Source: an uncultured virus (IMG/VR IMGVR_UViG_3300027798_000036)
Lineage: Duplodnaviria; Heunggongvirae; Uroviricota; Caudoviricetes
Strand: one strand, 5' to 3'
DNA: 64,000 bases
Virus record (IMG/VR): IMGVR_UViG_3300027798_000036
How positions within the stretch are numbered: the stretch's first letter is position 1; every line of letters begins with the position of its first letter. The translations under genes were made by a program, and so were the position numbers. This document shows positions 1 to 9,400 of this stretch, piece by piece. Under the pieces are notes generated by a model. The model did not search any database and was not told the DNA's origin. It saw nothing but the letters and a program-made list of their open reading frames with translations.

Positions 1-338
1 TTATATTTTGGATTGATTTTTATTCTTGATATAATTTTTGACAGGGGATTTGCGTATTTTTCGGTAAACTTTTCTTCAGGTCTGAATGTTTCAAATTCAA
101 TGGCACCTTTTTGAATAAGTTGTTGGGTAAGTGGAATAATTCTATTTGGTGAATACCTTGAAGTATCTAATTCGTATTTTTCAATAATTTCATCTCTAAG
201 ACCTTTATCCAAGTAACTAATTGGTAATTTCTTTGAGAAGTTCTTTCCAGTCTCATCGGCATAAAATCTTAAAAACTGATTCCAATAATCTTGATAATCT
301 TCAGTTGTTAAATTTGAAAAGTCTATTTCGTTAGCCAT
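1..338 (-). CDS. hypothetical protein, runs off the window start (MANEIDFSNLTTEDYQDYW...)
   Basis: ATG at 338 preceded by TATTTAT-N5; frame appears open to the window edge. Confidence 0.6.
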   Translation of the reverse strand, partial: MANEIDFSNLTTEDYQDYWNQFLRFYADETGKNFSKKLPISYLDKGLRDEIIEKYELDTSRYSPNRIIPLTQQLIQKGAIEFETFRPEEKFTEKYANPLSKIISRIKINPKY

Positions 339-418
339 TAGTTATAAATACAAAGATAAACAAAAAGAATGTTTGTGGTTACAAATTATTTATGTACCTT
401 TGTATAAAGGAACTAAAT

Positions 419-1117
419 ATGAAAACAATCAAAAAAATATCCCTTATTTTTGTCTTGATGACTACTTTGGTTTTTTTATCAATTCGTGTTGTTGGTTTGA
501 AACCTTCTTTGGTTGTAAGTGAAAAATCATTCACCATGAAAGGTATTGACATTTCTCACCACAACAAAATTACCGATTGGTCCAAAGTTAAGAATAGTGT
601 TAATTTTTGTTTTGTAAAATCCACTGAAGGTTCTAAATACAAAGACCCAAACTTCAAAAAAAATTGGTCTTGTGCAAAAAAACAAAACATTATCAAAGGG
701 GCATATCACTTCTTTACTCCCGGTGTATCTGCTGAAAAACAATTTGAAAACTTCAAAAAAACTGTAAAATTATCACATGGTGATTTACCACCTGTGTTGG
801 ATGTTGAACTTAAAGGTGCTGATATGAATGAAGTTAACAAATGGTTGGAATTGGCTACCGATTACTACAAAGTAAAACCTATCGTATATACTGAATTTGT
901 TTTCTTTAAAGTTTTTATTGAAGGTAAACTTGATACTCAATACCCACTATGGATTTACATCAACAAGGATTTCGGTGTACAACCATCATTCAGTGATTAC
1001 AACTGCGTAATTTGGCAATACAATCAGAAAGGAAAAGTTGAAGGTATTGATGGTGATGTTGACTTGGACAGTTTTATTTGCAACTCATCACAGTTTCAAT
1101 CTTTAATTTTAAAATAA
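419..1117 (+). CDS. GH25 family lysozyme/muramidase with N-terminal hydrophobic anchor (endolysin candidate)
   Basis: GIDISHHN, KSTEG, GAYHFF, PPVLDVE, WQY and VDLD motifs; start moved to 419 because the upstream 'MYLC' is a TACCTTTG promoter. Confidence 0.9.
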   Translation: MKTIKKISLIFVLMTTLVFLSIRVVGLKPSLVVSEKSFTMKGIDISHHNKITDWSKVKNSVNFCFVKSTEGSKYKDPNFKKNWSCAKKQNIIKGAYHFFTPGVSAEKQFENFKKTVKLSHGDLPPVLDVELKGADMNEVNKWLELATDYYKVKPIVYTEFVFFKVFIEGKLDTQYPLWIYINKDFGVQPSFSDYNCVIWQYNQKGKVEGIDGDVDLDSFICNSSQFQSLILK

Positions 1118-1120
1118 CAA

Positions 1121-2044
1121 TTATTTTTTAACGGTTTTTTTTGGTGGGGTATTGGCTGCGTTAATTGTATTGATTAAATTTGGAACACCACTCAAACTGT
1201 TATAGTATTTTTTGAATTGTGGCATGTATTTGTGAACACCACCTATGTTGGGAAAATAGTTTAATATTTTTTTATTTGGATTTGTAATTGCAACAATATT
1301 TTTATTGTTTTTATCGGGAGTTCTACTTTTCACATTACATTTATTTGCAATATTTTTTATATTTGTTTCACACCAATCTCCTATAATACCAGGACCAGCA
1401 TTGTGTGAAGCGATTGCCATGTGTAATGCGGCGTCGTTTCCTATAGCTGGTTTTTGAACCAATTTACCATTTTCAAACACAGTAACGATTGAACCGTTAT
1501 AATATTTCTGAGCATTGAGATAATCATTCATTACCATTTTATACGCAGCATCTAAAGAACCTGCATATGTATACAATGATTTCATTGATATGTTATATCT
1601 TTTGGCGGTACTTGGTTTAATTTGAGCAAATCCTTGAGAATGGTCTCCACCGAATATGTTTGACAAAAACCCAAGTATTTCTTTTGGTTGTAAAAATACC
1701 ATGGCTGGAGATGCTTTACTCTCTCTAAATAAAGTGGTCAAAGCGGCTTTCAATATTTTTGGGTCATAACTTGTGTTTTTTAATGCCCATGTTATCAAAG
1801 TAGTTGCAACATCCACAAGGTCCCTAGATGAATTAAATAAAGTTTTTGCAGCACCTGAACCCCAACCTGAAGACCTTGAATTAGATAAAACACTCACAAG
1901 TTGTTGAAATCCTTTTCTCATGTCTGGTTTAGGATAAATTACATTTGACAATTCTGACGTTTGAAACTGTGGTGAAAACCCACCGCCCATACTTTGTTCA
2001 TTAACAATGACTTTAAGTTGTGATTCTGTAATTAAATAATCCAT
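1121..2044 (-). CDS. lysozyme-like/SLT-type transglycosylase with ITESQ leader
   Basis: RES...SQGFAQIKPSTA...ASHNAGPG resembles lytic transglycosylase motifs. Confidence 0.6.
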   Translation of the reverse strand: MDYLITESQLKVIVNEQSMGGGFSPQFQTSELSNVIYPKPDMRKGFQQLVSVLSNSRSSGWGSGAAKTLFNSSRDLVDVATTLITWALKNTSYDPKILKAALTTLFRESKASPAMVFLQPKEILGFLSNIFGGDHSQGFAQIKPSTAKRYNISMKSLYTYAGSLDAAYKMVMNDYLNAQKYYNGSIVTVFENGKLVQKPAIGNDAALHMAIASHNAGPGIIGDWCETNIKNIANKCNVKSRTPDKNNKNIVAITNPNKKILNYFPNIGGVHKYMPQFKKYYNSLSGVPNLINTINAANTPPKKTVKK

Positions 2045-2070
2045 TAGTAATAAATATAAGAATAATTAGT

Positions 2071-2358
2071 TTATTGGTTCTCTTCCCAAAACTCACGAAT
2101 CTTATCACCAAGAAGATGTATTAATATTTTCTCGTATGTTGGAATCTCTTCGTAATCCGTGTGAGGAAAAATATCATACATCATTATGTCAATCACATAA
2201 TTAACAAAATCTTCCACATCATTGTATTCATCGGCTTCCAAACTCATACCGTTATTCATCATAACATCATACATGAGTTCCTGTAGACCATCCAACCTTC
2301 TTTTCAAAGGTGTAGGGATAATCATATCAAGTTGTGATTCACTAATTATGTATCTCAT
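2071..2358 (-). CDS. small acidic protein, ISESQ leader, 'RR' paralog family
   Basis: MRYIISESQL start; follows the upstream gene by 1 nt. Confidence 0.75.
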   Translation of the reverse strand: MRYIISESQLDMIIPTPLKRRLDGLQELMYDVMMNNGMSLEADEYNDVEDFVNYVIDIMMYDIFPHTDYEEIPTYEKILIHLLGDKIREFWEENQ

Positions 2359-2359
2359 A

Positions 2360-2653
2360 TTATTGGCAATTTCTGTTATTATATTTTTCAGTTAAATCAA
2401 CATAAACCATATCAAAGATAACATTATACAATAAATCAACATAAAAATTATTATTTAAATAATATTCAGGATGAAGACCATCCGTAGTGTAATGTATCAC
2501 CATGTTGATATACCTTTCACTGTCATCATAATTACAAGGATTAATTTCTCTAAGTGACTGATTATATTCATTCATGAACAACTCTTGTCTTCTTAAGAGC
2601 CATTGTTTCATTTTTAATTTATTATGTTGCGATTCCGTTACAATAATCTTCAT
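2360..2653 (-). CDS. small protein, VTESQ leader, 'RR' paralog family
   Basis: MKIIVTESQH start; TATTTAT-N5-ATG. Confidence 0.75.
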   Translation of the reverse strand: MKIIVTESQHNKLKMKQWLLRRQELFMNEYNQSLREINPCNYDDSERYINMVIHYTTDGLHPEYYLNNNFYVDLLYNVIFDMVYVDLTEKYNNRNCQ

Positions 2654-2676
2654 TACTTATAAATACAAAGATAAAT

Positions 2677-2706
2677 AAAAAACCCCCAACATAAGATGGG
2701 GGTTTA
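2677..2706 (-). terminator. intrinsic terminator
   Basis: AAACCCCCATC..GTTGGGGGTTTTTT hairpin plus U tract on the minus strand. Confidence 0.75.
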
Positions 2707-2710
2707 AAAA

Positions 2711-2824
2711 TTACTTGTTAGATTCTTTGGCCTTATTCAGAACCTCGTTGTTCTGTTTAATTCTTAAGGCAAATTTCTTACTCATTTTTCTACATCTTGA
2801 ATACGTACATTTTGAACTTTTCAT
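2711..2824 (-). CDS. 37-aa basic peptide (MKSSKCTYSRCRKMSKKFALRIK...)
   Basis: TATTTAT-N5-ATG upstream, terminator downstream; absent from the ORF track. Confidence 0.5.
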   Translation of the reverse strand: MKSSKCTYSRCRKMSKKFALRIKQNNEVLNKAKESNK

Positions 2825-2836
2825 AATGAATAAATA

Positions 2837-3802
2837 CTATATTTTTGATATTTGTTTTTGTAAGTTCATTATGGGTTCAATTACTTTTGTATCTACAAAT
2901 TGTTCTTGCCAAGATTTTATGTGTCCTTCACCTATAAAATAAATTCCACAAACTAAATTGTTTTTAATGTATTCTCTTCTTCTTTTTGTTGCGGTTTCCG
3001 CCATGTTAGTCAATAAATTTTTACCATCTTGGTAACCAAAATTGTCTTTCTTTGAATCAAAATTTCCCCACATAATATCAAACCCACTTTGAATAAATTT
3101 TCTTATATTTTCAGGTGTTGGCTCACTTTGTAGTAATGACATTATATTTTGTGTGTTGGGTGTATTTTTTATTTGTTCAATAAACCATTTTTTATCATTA
3201 TCATTAAAAGATAAACTACCATCCCAAAATAACTTTGACCCATCACCAAAAATAATTAAGTCATAAATTGAATTTATTTTCTGACCATTATTTTTTAATA
3301 TGGAAAGTTGGTCTAATAAAATTTTATCTTGGTTGATTCCATCTAACTTTGCTTTAGTTTTTTCATCTACCGCATTCCCATTAGAAAAAAAAGTATACAT
3401 AAAATACTTTTTGTCGGGTTGGTCATTATTTATCTTTGGTTCGTAACTTCCCTTCTCCTCAATACCATTTAACTTTAATTCTTCTTTGAAAAATCTCTCG
3501 ATGTTCTTCAGGTCGTCTCCGCCTACACCCTCATAATAATACCCACAGTTTGTTGCAACTTCTTTTATATCATTAATAATTGAAGGGTCTATATCATCAA
3601 GTTCTAAGTATACAGGGTTTTTTTCATCAAAATGTGTGACACCAATTATAAAACTATTAAGTTTTTTTCCTTCTTGTCCTTCTTGATAAGGTTGTTTAAT
3701 CACAACTCCGTGATTAGTTCCTTTTACTGCAGGTTCATTTTCATCTTCTATAAGAAGACCCATCATTTCTTTAATCCTATGTATATTTTCTTGTAAGTTC
3801 AT
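2837..3802 (-). CDS. hypothetical protein, MNLQE leader
   Basis: 321-aa ORF starting MNLQENIHRIKEMMGL. Confidence 0.8.
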   Translation of the reverse strand: MNLQENIHRIKEMMGLLIEDENEPAVKGTNHGVVIKQPYQEGQEGKKLNSFIIGVTHFDEKNPVYLELDDIDPSIINDIKEVATNCGYYYEGVGGDDLKNIERFFKEELKLNGIEEKGSYEPKINNDQPDKKYFMYTFFSNGNAVDEKTKAKLDGINQDKILLDQLSILKNNGQKINSIYDLIIFGDGSKLFWDGSLSFNDNDKKWFIEQIKNTPNTQNIMSLLQSEPTPENIRKFIQSGFDIMWGNFDSKKDNFGYQDGKNLLTNMAETATKRRREYIKNNLVCGIYFIGEGHIKSWQEQFVDTKVIEPIMNLQKQISKI

Positions 3803-4308
3803 ATTAAATTTCTGTGGTAATCTATTAATTCTTTATATGTACGCGGAAATAAATCTTTAAAGTCATCAAAACCATCTGTAACATCAACCCAATTATTTTT
3901 ATTACCGTATATATGTTTAATTATTTTTTTATCATCTTTATTTTGTAAATCAAAAACACTTCTATTAAAATTCGTTTTAATGTTATAATCCTGGTAATTA
4001 TTATACATCCACGGGTCAATAATGTATCTATCGTTCATTATCGCAAAATGATGTCCTTCATCACCTTCTTCATCTGAAAAGTATACTGTATCAGGATTTT
4101 TATCTATACTAAAACCATAAATTTTAACATCATCCCCCTCTAACATTTTTACAGCAGATGCAACATATGAACAAATAAACGAACTTCCATCTTTTTCTAT
4201 CGCATTTTCAATCTCTTTAACAAATTTGGGGTCATCATAGATATATGGATTTTTACTACCTATCCCCATCATTTCTTTAATCCTATATATGTTCTCTTGT
4301 AAGTTCAT
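3799..4308 (-). CDS. hypothetical protein, MNLQE leader; possible Cys-His-Asp papain/transglutaminase-like fold
   Basis: FICSYVA...GHHFAI...YIIDPW ordering of C, H and D. Confidence 0.6.
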   Translation of the reverse strand: MNLQENIYRIKEMMGIGSKNPYIYDDPKFVKEIENAIEKDGSSFICSYVASAVKMLEGDDVKIYGFSIDKNPDTVYFSDEEGDEGHHFAIMNDRYIIDPWMYNNYQDYNIKTNFNRSVFDLQNKDDKKIIKHIYGNKNNWVDVTDGFDDFKDLFPRTYKELIDYHRNLI

Positions 4309-4733
4309 TGTTCAAAATAAATATCACCACCAACTTTATTTATCATTTGTTTTATTTGAAGCCATTTATTGGACATTGGAGTGTTAGTTAAAAACAAATC
4401 ACCGCCAACGTAAGTTAAATTTTCAAGGGATTCAACTGGAGTTCCATCCAAATCCAAATTACCACCAACTGAAGTTAGACTACCAAGTGATTTGAGTGGT
4501 GTATCATAGGCGTATATATCACCTTCTACTGAAACAAGGTTTCCAAGAGATTCAACTTTTAGACCAACCAAATTTAAGTTTCCACCTAAAGAATATGGTG
4601 GGTTTCCTTTTGATTCCAAAAATTTCTGCAATCCATCCCAGTCACCAAATAATTTTACACCAGGAATTTGAAGAACCTTTTGTTCCTCCTCAAATAATCT
4701 TTTGTGTTGAGATTCAGATATTATAATCTTCAT
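4305..4733 (-). CDS. LRR-like repeat protein (SLGxLxxVGGxLxL), ISESQ leader
   Basis: 22-aa repeats; tandem paralog of 4737-5189. Confidence 0.8.
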   Translation of the reverse strand: MKIIISESQHKRLFEEEQKVLQIPGVKLFGDWDGLQKFLESKGNPPYSLGGNLNLVGLKVESLGNLVSVEGDIYAYDTPLKSLGSLTSVGGNLDLDGTPVESLENLTYVGGDLFLTNTPMSNKWLQIKQMINKVGGDIYFEQ

Positions 4734-4736
4734 ATA

Positions 4737-5189
4737 TTAATATAAAATGTTTCCTTGAACATAAACCTTATGGCTTATCGTATCTTCCATCCTTTGCTTT
4801 GAACGTGGGGATGCATCTTTAGGAAAGAGTGGAGTACCTTTCAAAACCAAACTACCACCAACAAAAGATAAGTTCCCAAGGGATTCAATTTGAGTATTAC
4901 TTATATCCATTAAACCACCAACTGAAGTTAGACTACCAAGAGATTTAAGTGGAGTATCATAAGCATATAAATCATGTTGGACTGAAACAAGGTTTCCAAG
5001 AGATTCAACTTCCAAACCAACCAAATTTAAGTTTCCACCCAAAGAATATAATGGATTTCCTTTTGATTCCAAAAACCTTTGCAGATTATCCCAGTCATCA
5101 CCAAATATTCTAATATCAGGAATGTGAAGAACCTTTTGTTCTTCCTCAAATAATCGTCTATGCTGAGATTCAGATATAATAATCTTCAT
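4737..5189 (-). CDS. LRR-like repeat protein, ISESQ leader
   Basis: 22-aa repeats; tandem paralog of 4305-4733; TATTTAT-N5-ATG. Confidence 0.8.
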   Translation of the reverse strand: MKIIISESQHRRLFEEEQKVLHIPDIRIFGDDWDNLQRFLESKGNPLYSLGGNLNLVGLEVESLGNLVSVQHDLYAYDTPLKSLGSLTSVGGLMDISNTQIESLGNLSFVGGSLVLKGTPLFPKDASPRSKQRMEDTISHKVYVQGNILY

Positions 5190-5345
5190 TACAAATAAAT
5201 ATAACCAAACCCACCTTTTTTAAGATGGATATAATTAGGGGGACAATATAACACCCGAAGGGTTCGGGAGGTCAGAGAACCGTCCGAAGGACGGGTGGAC
5301 GGGGTCAGAAAAAGGGGGTGGGGGGATTTTATTTGGTTTCCGGCA

Positions 5346-5870
5346 TCATTCATATATTCCAACAAACAAACAATGATAAGCGGTAATACCATAATTAAAA
5401 TAAATTGTGTTATTTAACATATTCTCAACGCAACCCTCAATTTGTCCATATAAAGTTTCAAGGTCTTCGTAGTCATTCAAATCAACAGAGCCATGATATT
5501 CATTATTAAATACAGGTGAATCATTTTTGATGGAAAAATTTACATCATAACTATACCATTCCTCTACATCACCAGAACCATCAACAAGAACGATTTTACG
5601 AGGAACAAAAACAATACTATCAAGTCTTAAAGTAAACTCATCACCATCACATTCATGGTAGTTTTCAATCAAAGTCCTAACTTGTTCTTCAACTTCATCA
5701 AAGTTAAAATTACGATATTCAAAAAGATATTTGGCAGTTTCATATTCAGATAAAGAAAAGTATTTTCCCATCTCAATAGATGGACCATTTTTATCCCAAT
5801 ACTTAAACAAGTAATCTTTTACAGAATTTTTTGATTCTTCCCTTAAGACCCTTTTGATTAGTTCCTTCAT
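5346..5870 (-). CDS. acidic hypothetical protein, MKELIKRVLREE leader
   Basis: ORF; TATTTAT-N4-ATG. Confidence 0.75.
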   Translation of the reverse strand: MKELIKRVLREESKNSVKDYLFKYWDKNGPSIEMGKYFSLSEYETAKYLFEYRNFNFDEVEEQVRTLIENYHECDGDEFTLRLDSIVFVPRKIVLVDGSGDVEEWYSYDVNFSIKNDSPVFNNEYHGSVDLNDYEDLETLYGQIEGCVENMLNNTIYFNYGITAYHCLFVGIYE

Positions 5871-5883
5871 ATCAATAAATACC

Positions 5884-6057
5884 TTACATTACAAAACTAT
5901 CTTCCAATAATTTAGTTACCCGTTTAATATGTCCCAAATGAACACCCCTATCTCCACCCATACGTTCCCTCATTTTCTTTTCAACATACATCTTCTCAAT
6001 TTTGTCTGTATATACACGATACTCCGACATCATCTGAATTACGGTCTTTGTTTCCAT
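5884..6057 (-). CDS. 57-aa hypothetical protein (METKTVIQMMSEYRVY...)
   Basis: TATCTTTG-N4-ATG; fills the gap; absent from the ORF track. Confidence 0.6.
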   Translation of the reverse strand: METKTVIQMMSEYRVYTDKIEKMYVEKKMRERMGGDRGVHLGHIKRVTKLLEDSFVM

Positions 6058-6114
6058 ATTACAAAGATACTAAATTAATGGGAAATAAAAAACCCCTCGG
6101 TAATGGAGGGGTTG

Positions 6115-6387
6115 TTAACAATCTTCTTGGGAATTAATATAATATTGAATGATATAATCTTTTAGGTTTTGTTTTACAAAATCAATAACCTCTTCAGGTT
6201 GAATCCTTTTAATACCCTCTAAATCTAAAAAGGTTTCCAATTCATAAATTACCCCAATATAAAAATAAGATTCATTTGAATAATCACAGGGGTACATATT
6301 ATCCAATACAACATCCAATACTTTTTTAATATAATAAAACCTTCTTCTTAATGACGTGTTCTGTTCCTCAGTGATAATGATTTTCAT
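6115..6387 (-). CDS. small protein, ITEEQ leader, 'RR' paralog family
   Basis: TATTTAT-N5-ATG; terminator at about 6086-6113. Confidence 0.75.
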   Translation of the reverse strand: MKIIITEEQNTSLRRRFYYIKKVLDVVLDNMYPCDYSNESYFYIGVIYELETFLDLEGIKRIQPEEVIDFVKQNLKDYIIQYYINSQEDC

Positions 6388-6418
6388 ATTCCATAAATAT
6401 ACGGGAGGGTAAAATAGG

Positions 6419-6480
6419 AAAATTTTCCCAAAAATTCTATTTCACATATAGGGTATCTTCATAAGAAGGGGGGTCATGTT
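6419..6480. repeat. ~60-bp intergenic direct repeat, copy 1
   Basis: AAAATTTTCC..AAAAATTCTATTTCACATATAGGG..CTTCATAAGAAGGGGGGTCATGTT also at 7291-7353. Confidence 0.9.
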
Positions 6481-6537
6481 TATAGGAAATAAAAAACCCC
6501 TCTGTTGGGAGGGGTTCCAAGTATTTTTTTAAATGTA

Positions 6538-7236
6538 TTACCCACAAGGTACTACACTATCTTTAACCGTACTGGCAAACCAGTTAATTTGTAATGTATC
6601 ATCTTTACGTTGAATTATTTTATCAAAAGGAATTTTTACACAAACGTTATAAAGAAACTTTTGTTGAGGATATTTTTCGGTGCCTGCTTCATAAGAGTCC
6701 ACATCATAATACTCTATTGATTCTGCTTTGATAATAATACCATCTTTGTCTTTACGGATAACTTTAGCACCCTCGATGTCTACGAACAACTCTCTTTTAT
6801 CTCCCATTGTACTTGAATAAGTATATGACCTACCAATAATCATTTGTCTATTAGTGATAAGACGAATTACCGTACCAGGATTGTACATTGAATTTTGTTT
6901 CTGAGACTCATCTTCTTGTTGATTAACCAATTTCATTATCAAATTATAATCAATATGATATTCATTCTGTAACCATTGGTCCAAGTTTTGACCATCTTGA
7001 ACACCAAATGCTTTTTTAACCCCTTCCCAATCCTGCTTGTTATTAATTCTGTTTACTATAGTTTGTTGAATGTTTTTTGCGGCGTCGCTTGTAACATTTA
7101 ACCCCGTCATCAATTCTTTGAAATAATCAGCAATTTCTTTGTAGTCTTGTGGGGTAAGTTTTTTGGCTTGTTCACTAATTACTCTTCTAACAATTCTTGT
7201 TAAATCTGATTCTGTTAATCTTATAATTTTTTTCAT
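6538..7236 (-). CDS. hypothetical protein, long LTESDLTRIVRRVISEQ leader
   Basis: 232-aa ORF; TATTTAT upstream; terminator at about 6491-6516. Confidence 0.8.
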   Translation of the reverse strand: MKKIIRLTESDLTRIVRRVISEQAKKLTPQDYKEIADYFKELMTGLNVTSDAAKNIQQTIVNRINNKQDWEGVKKAFGVQDGQNLDQWLQNEYHIDYNLIMKLVNQQEDESQKQNSMYNPGTVIRLITNRQMIIGRSYTYSSTMGDKRELFVDIEGAKVIRKDKDGIIIKAESIEYYDVDSYEAGTEKYPQQKFLYNVCVKIPFDKIIQRKDDTLQINWFASTVKDSVVPCG

Positions 7237-7290
7237 ATTAATTTTCTTTAGTTATAAATATATTAAAAAGAGAAAAGGAGTATTTTTCCC

Positions 7291-7353
7291 AAAATTTTCC
7301 AAAAATTCTATTTCACATATAGGGGGTACCTTCATAAGAAGGGGGGTCATGTT
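7291..7353. repeat. ~60-bp intergenic direct repeat, copy 2
   Basis: near-identical to 6419-6480. Confidence 0.9.
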
Positions 7354-7478
7354 CCCGAACGGTATTTTTTATAACCATATGTCCCCCACCCATATAATAT
7401 ATTCCCGAACGGGAAACAATTCAGGGATGGGCAATAAAAAACCCCTCTTTATGGGAGGGGGTCTTTAAATTAGTTTTA

Positions 7479-7838
7479 TTAATTATCAGGAGTAATCGGC
7501 ATCGGTAAATCAATTCCGATTTTTTTATCAGGAAGTACCTCACCCACCTTACTAAAGAATTTAGATGATGCCTTTTGAAAGTCTTGGTCATATACTTGAG
7601 CCAATATCTTCCCTGTTGTAATGTCAGTTAATTTAACGTAGGTTGCAAATACGTCTTTCCAAACACAAACCATGTATGGGGTTTTAGTCCCCGTCCCACC
7701 TGTTCCTGTATTACTATTACATAAAGGATTCTCAGATGTTCCTTGTTGTTTTTGAGGTGTAGACTGTTCCACTAAGTATCTACCCTCTAATCTCTTGTTT
7801 GCGTCTTCCATAGAAGACAATTTTCTATATGTACTCAT
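7479..7838 (-). CDS. hypothetical protein
   Basis: 119-aa ORF; N-terminal segment ends LVEQ; terminator at about 7436-7464. Confidence 0.7.
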   Translation of the reverse strand: MSTYRKLSSMEDANKRLEGRYLVEQSTPQKQQGTSENPLCNSNTGTGGTGTKTPYMVCVWKDVFATYVKLTDITTGKILAQVYDQDFQKASSKFFSKVGEVLPDKKIGIDLPMPITPDN

Positions 7839-7850
7839 ATTTTTTTATTA

Positions 7851-8237
7851 TTACCAAGTTCTACATGCCCAATATCTTGGTTTCCATCTTGGACCAGGAG
7901 TATCACAATTATGTCTTGCTCTAAAGTTCTTTCTTCTTTCAGGATTATTCTTTTTAATCCTCATTATTTTACCTTTGGCTGATTTTCCACCAAAACCAAA
8001 GTTTACCTTAACAACCTTACCTTTATCGTTCTTAACATATACTTTGGACTTTTTAATGTCACCCTGCATTATCTTACCCAACTGAACTTTTCTTCCCTGA
8101 TATTCTGCTTCGGTTAATAAATCACCAATAACAAAATTGGTCTCTTCTACCGAACCATATCCATCTTCATATAAAAATGAATTCTCATTTTCTAATACTA
8201 ATCTTTTATACTGAGACTCACTAATGATTATTTCCAT
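7851..8237 (-). CDS. conserved phage basic protein (VNFG...NPERRKNFRARHNC...YWAC, DUF6321-like) with ISESQ leader
   Basis: motif recalled from T4-like phage proteins; TATTTAT-N5-ATG at 8237. Confidence 0.75.
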   Translation of the reverse strand: MEIIISESQYKRLVLENENSFLYEDGYGSVEETNFVIGDLLTEAEYQGRKVQLGKIMQGDIKKSKVYVKNDKGKVVKVNFGFGGKSAKGKIMRIKKNNPERRKNFRARHNCDTPGPRWKPRYWACRTW

Positions 8238-8667
8238 ATTCAATAAATACCTCTTTCCCTAAAAAATTTCCAGAAAATTTCATCGTTAGTATTGTACCCC
8301 CAAAACCACCTGTCAGAATGTCATATAGGGGGGGATACGGGAGGGGGGACCCCCACCATGGGGGGTGTGCCGTACTACAGGGGGGGAGTATAGTGTGGAT
8401 AACTTATGTCCCCCTCCCCATGTGTCATAGTGTCATGTGGATAAGTAATGTCCCCGACTGATAAGGAGGTGGATAACTCCCCCCCTAAAAAAAAGGTGGG
8501 GGTTTGGTAGTGTCAAATAGATTACCTATCTTTGTATTATGATTCAGTTGTATACTGAACTTGGGCGTGGGGGCTTTCAGTGGTCACGGGAGAGTAGACT
8601 CCAACCTGCCTTATATTTTTTTTATAAGGTATTAGGAAATGTCAAAGGTATGTTGTACCTTTGTATT

Positions 8668-9045
8668 ATGATGAAGTTAATGGAATCCCCCACTCAGATT
8701 AAAAGACTTAATAAGATTATGAAGGATAGGATTATTACCTGTGGTGTTGTATCCTATTACTATGAGAACCTTAAGGGTTACTACTCCCTTCATGCTAACA
8801 AGGGGGACAATTATACAACCCCCCATTTATACCTTAAGTTTAATATCACTGAGTGTACGGGTAAAAGACAATATGGTGATAAAGGAACATACCCCATCTT
8901 TAGGGGTCATCGTAGAGTTAGGGGTATTAACTCTTCCATCATATATAACATTACCCAAGACGGTGTTAAACTATTCCTTAAACACTTTGGGGTTAAGTAC
9001 TATGAACTTGGTAAGACTATGTTTGTTTGGCCCATTCAGAAATAG
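8668..9045 (+). CDS. hypothetical basic protein (alternative in-frame start 8539)
   Basis: TACCTTTG-TATT-ATG at 8668 and TATCTTTG-TATT-ATG at 8539. Confidence 0.6.
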   Translation: MMKLMESPTQIKRLNKIMKDRIITCGVVSYYYENLKGYYSLHANKGDNYTTPHLYLKFNITECTGKRQYGDKGTYPIFRGHRRVRGINSSIIYNITQDGVKLFLKHFGVKYYELGKTMFVWPIQK

Positions 9046-9400
9046 TCTCATAGGCTATTGATGATAGAGTTGTTCTTGTAATGTTGAAATCCCCCTCGTT
9101 AAGATGGAAGTGTTTGTGAAGTAATTCATGTAATGGTCTTAAGTCACAGTCCACCATCATCCATACATTCTGACTGAGGGGTTTATTTACAAATCCTTTC
9201 TTACCCTTCTCGAACCATACTATTGCCTCAGGTAATACATTCCCCCTATTTGGAACAAACCTAAGTATAATCCCCTTGGAACTTTCATCTACTTGGGGGG
9301 TATAATACTTCTGTACAATTAATCTTATGTTATGGTCCGTAACATTGGATGGTTCCATCTGTCTTTCGTATATCGGTTGGTCTTCACTCATATTGTTCAT
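9017..9400 (-). CDS. hypothetical protein
   Basis: ORF; TATTTAT near 9400 suggests a start at 9400 or 9391. Confidence 0.6.
   Translation of the reverse strand: MNNMSEDQPIYERQMEPSNVTDHNIRLIVQKYYTPQVDESSKGIILRFVPNRGNVLPEAIVWFEKGKKGFVNKPLSQNVWMMVDCDLRPLHELLHKHFHLNEGDFNITRTTLSSIAYETISEWAKQT

Noticed and set aside
5189..5392. 67-aa minus-strand ORF across the GC-rich island
   Set aside because: It overlaps the upstream gene, spans hairpins and the next gene's TATTTAT motif, and has atypical composition.
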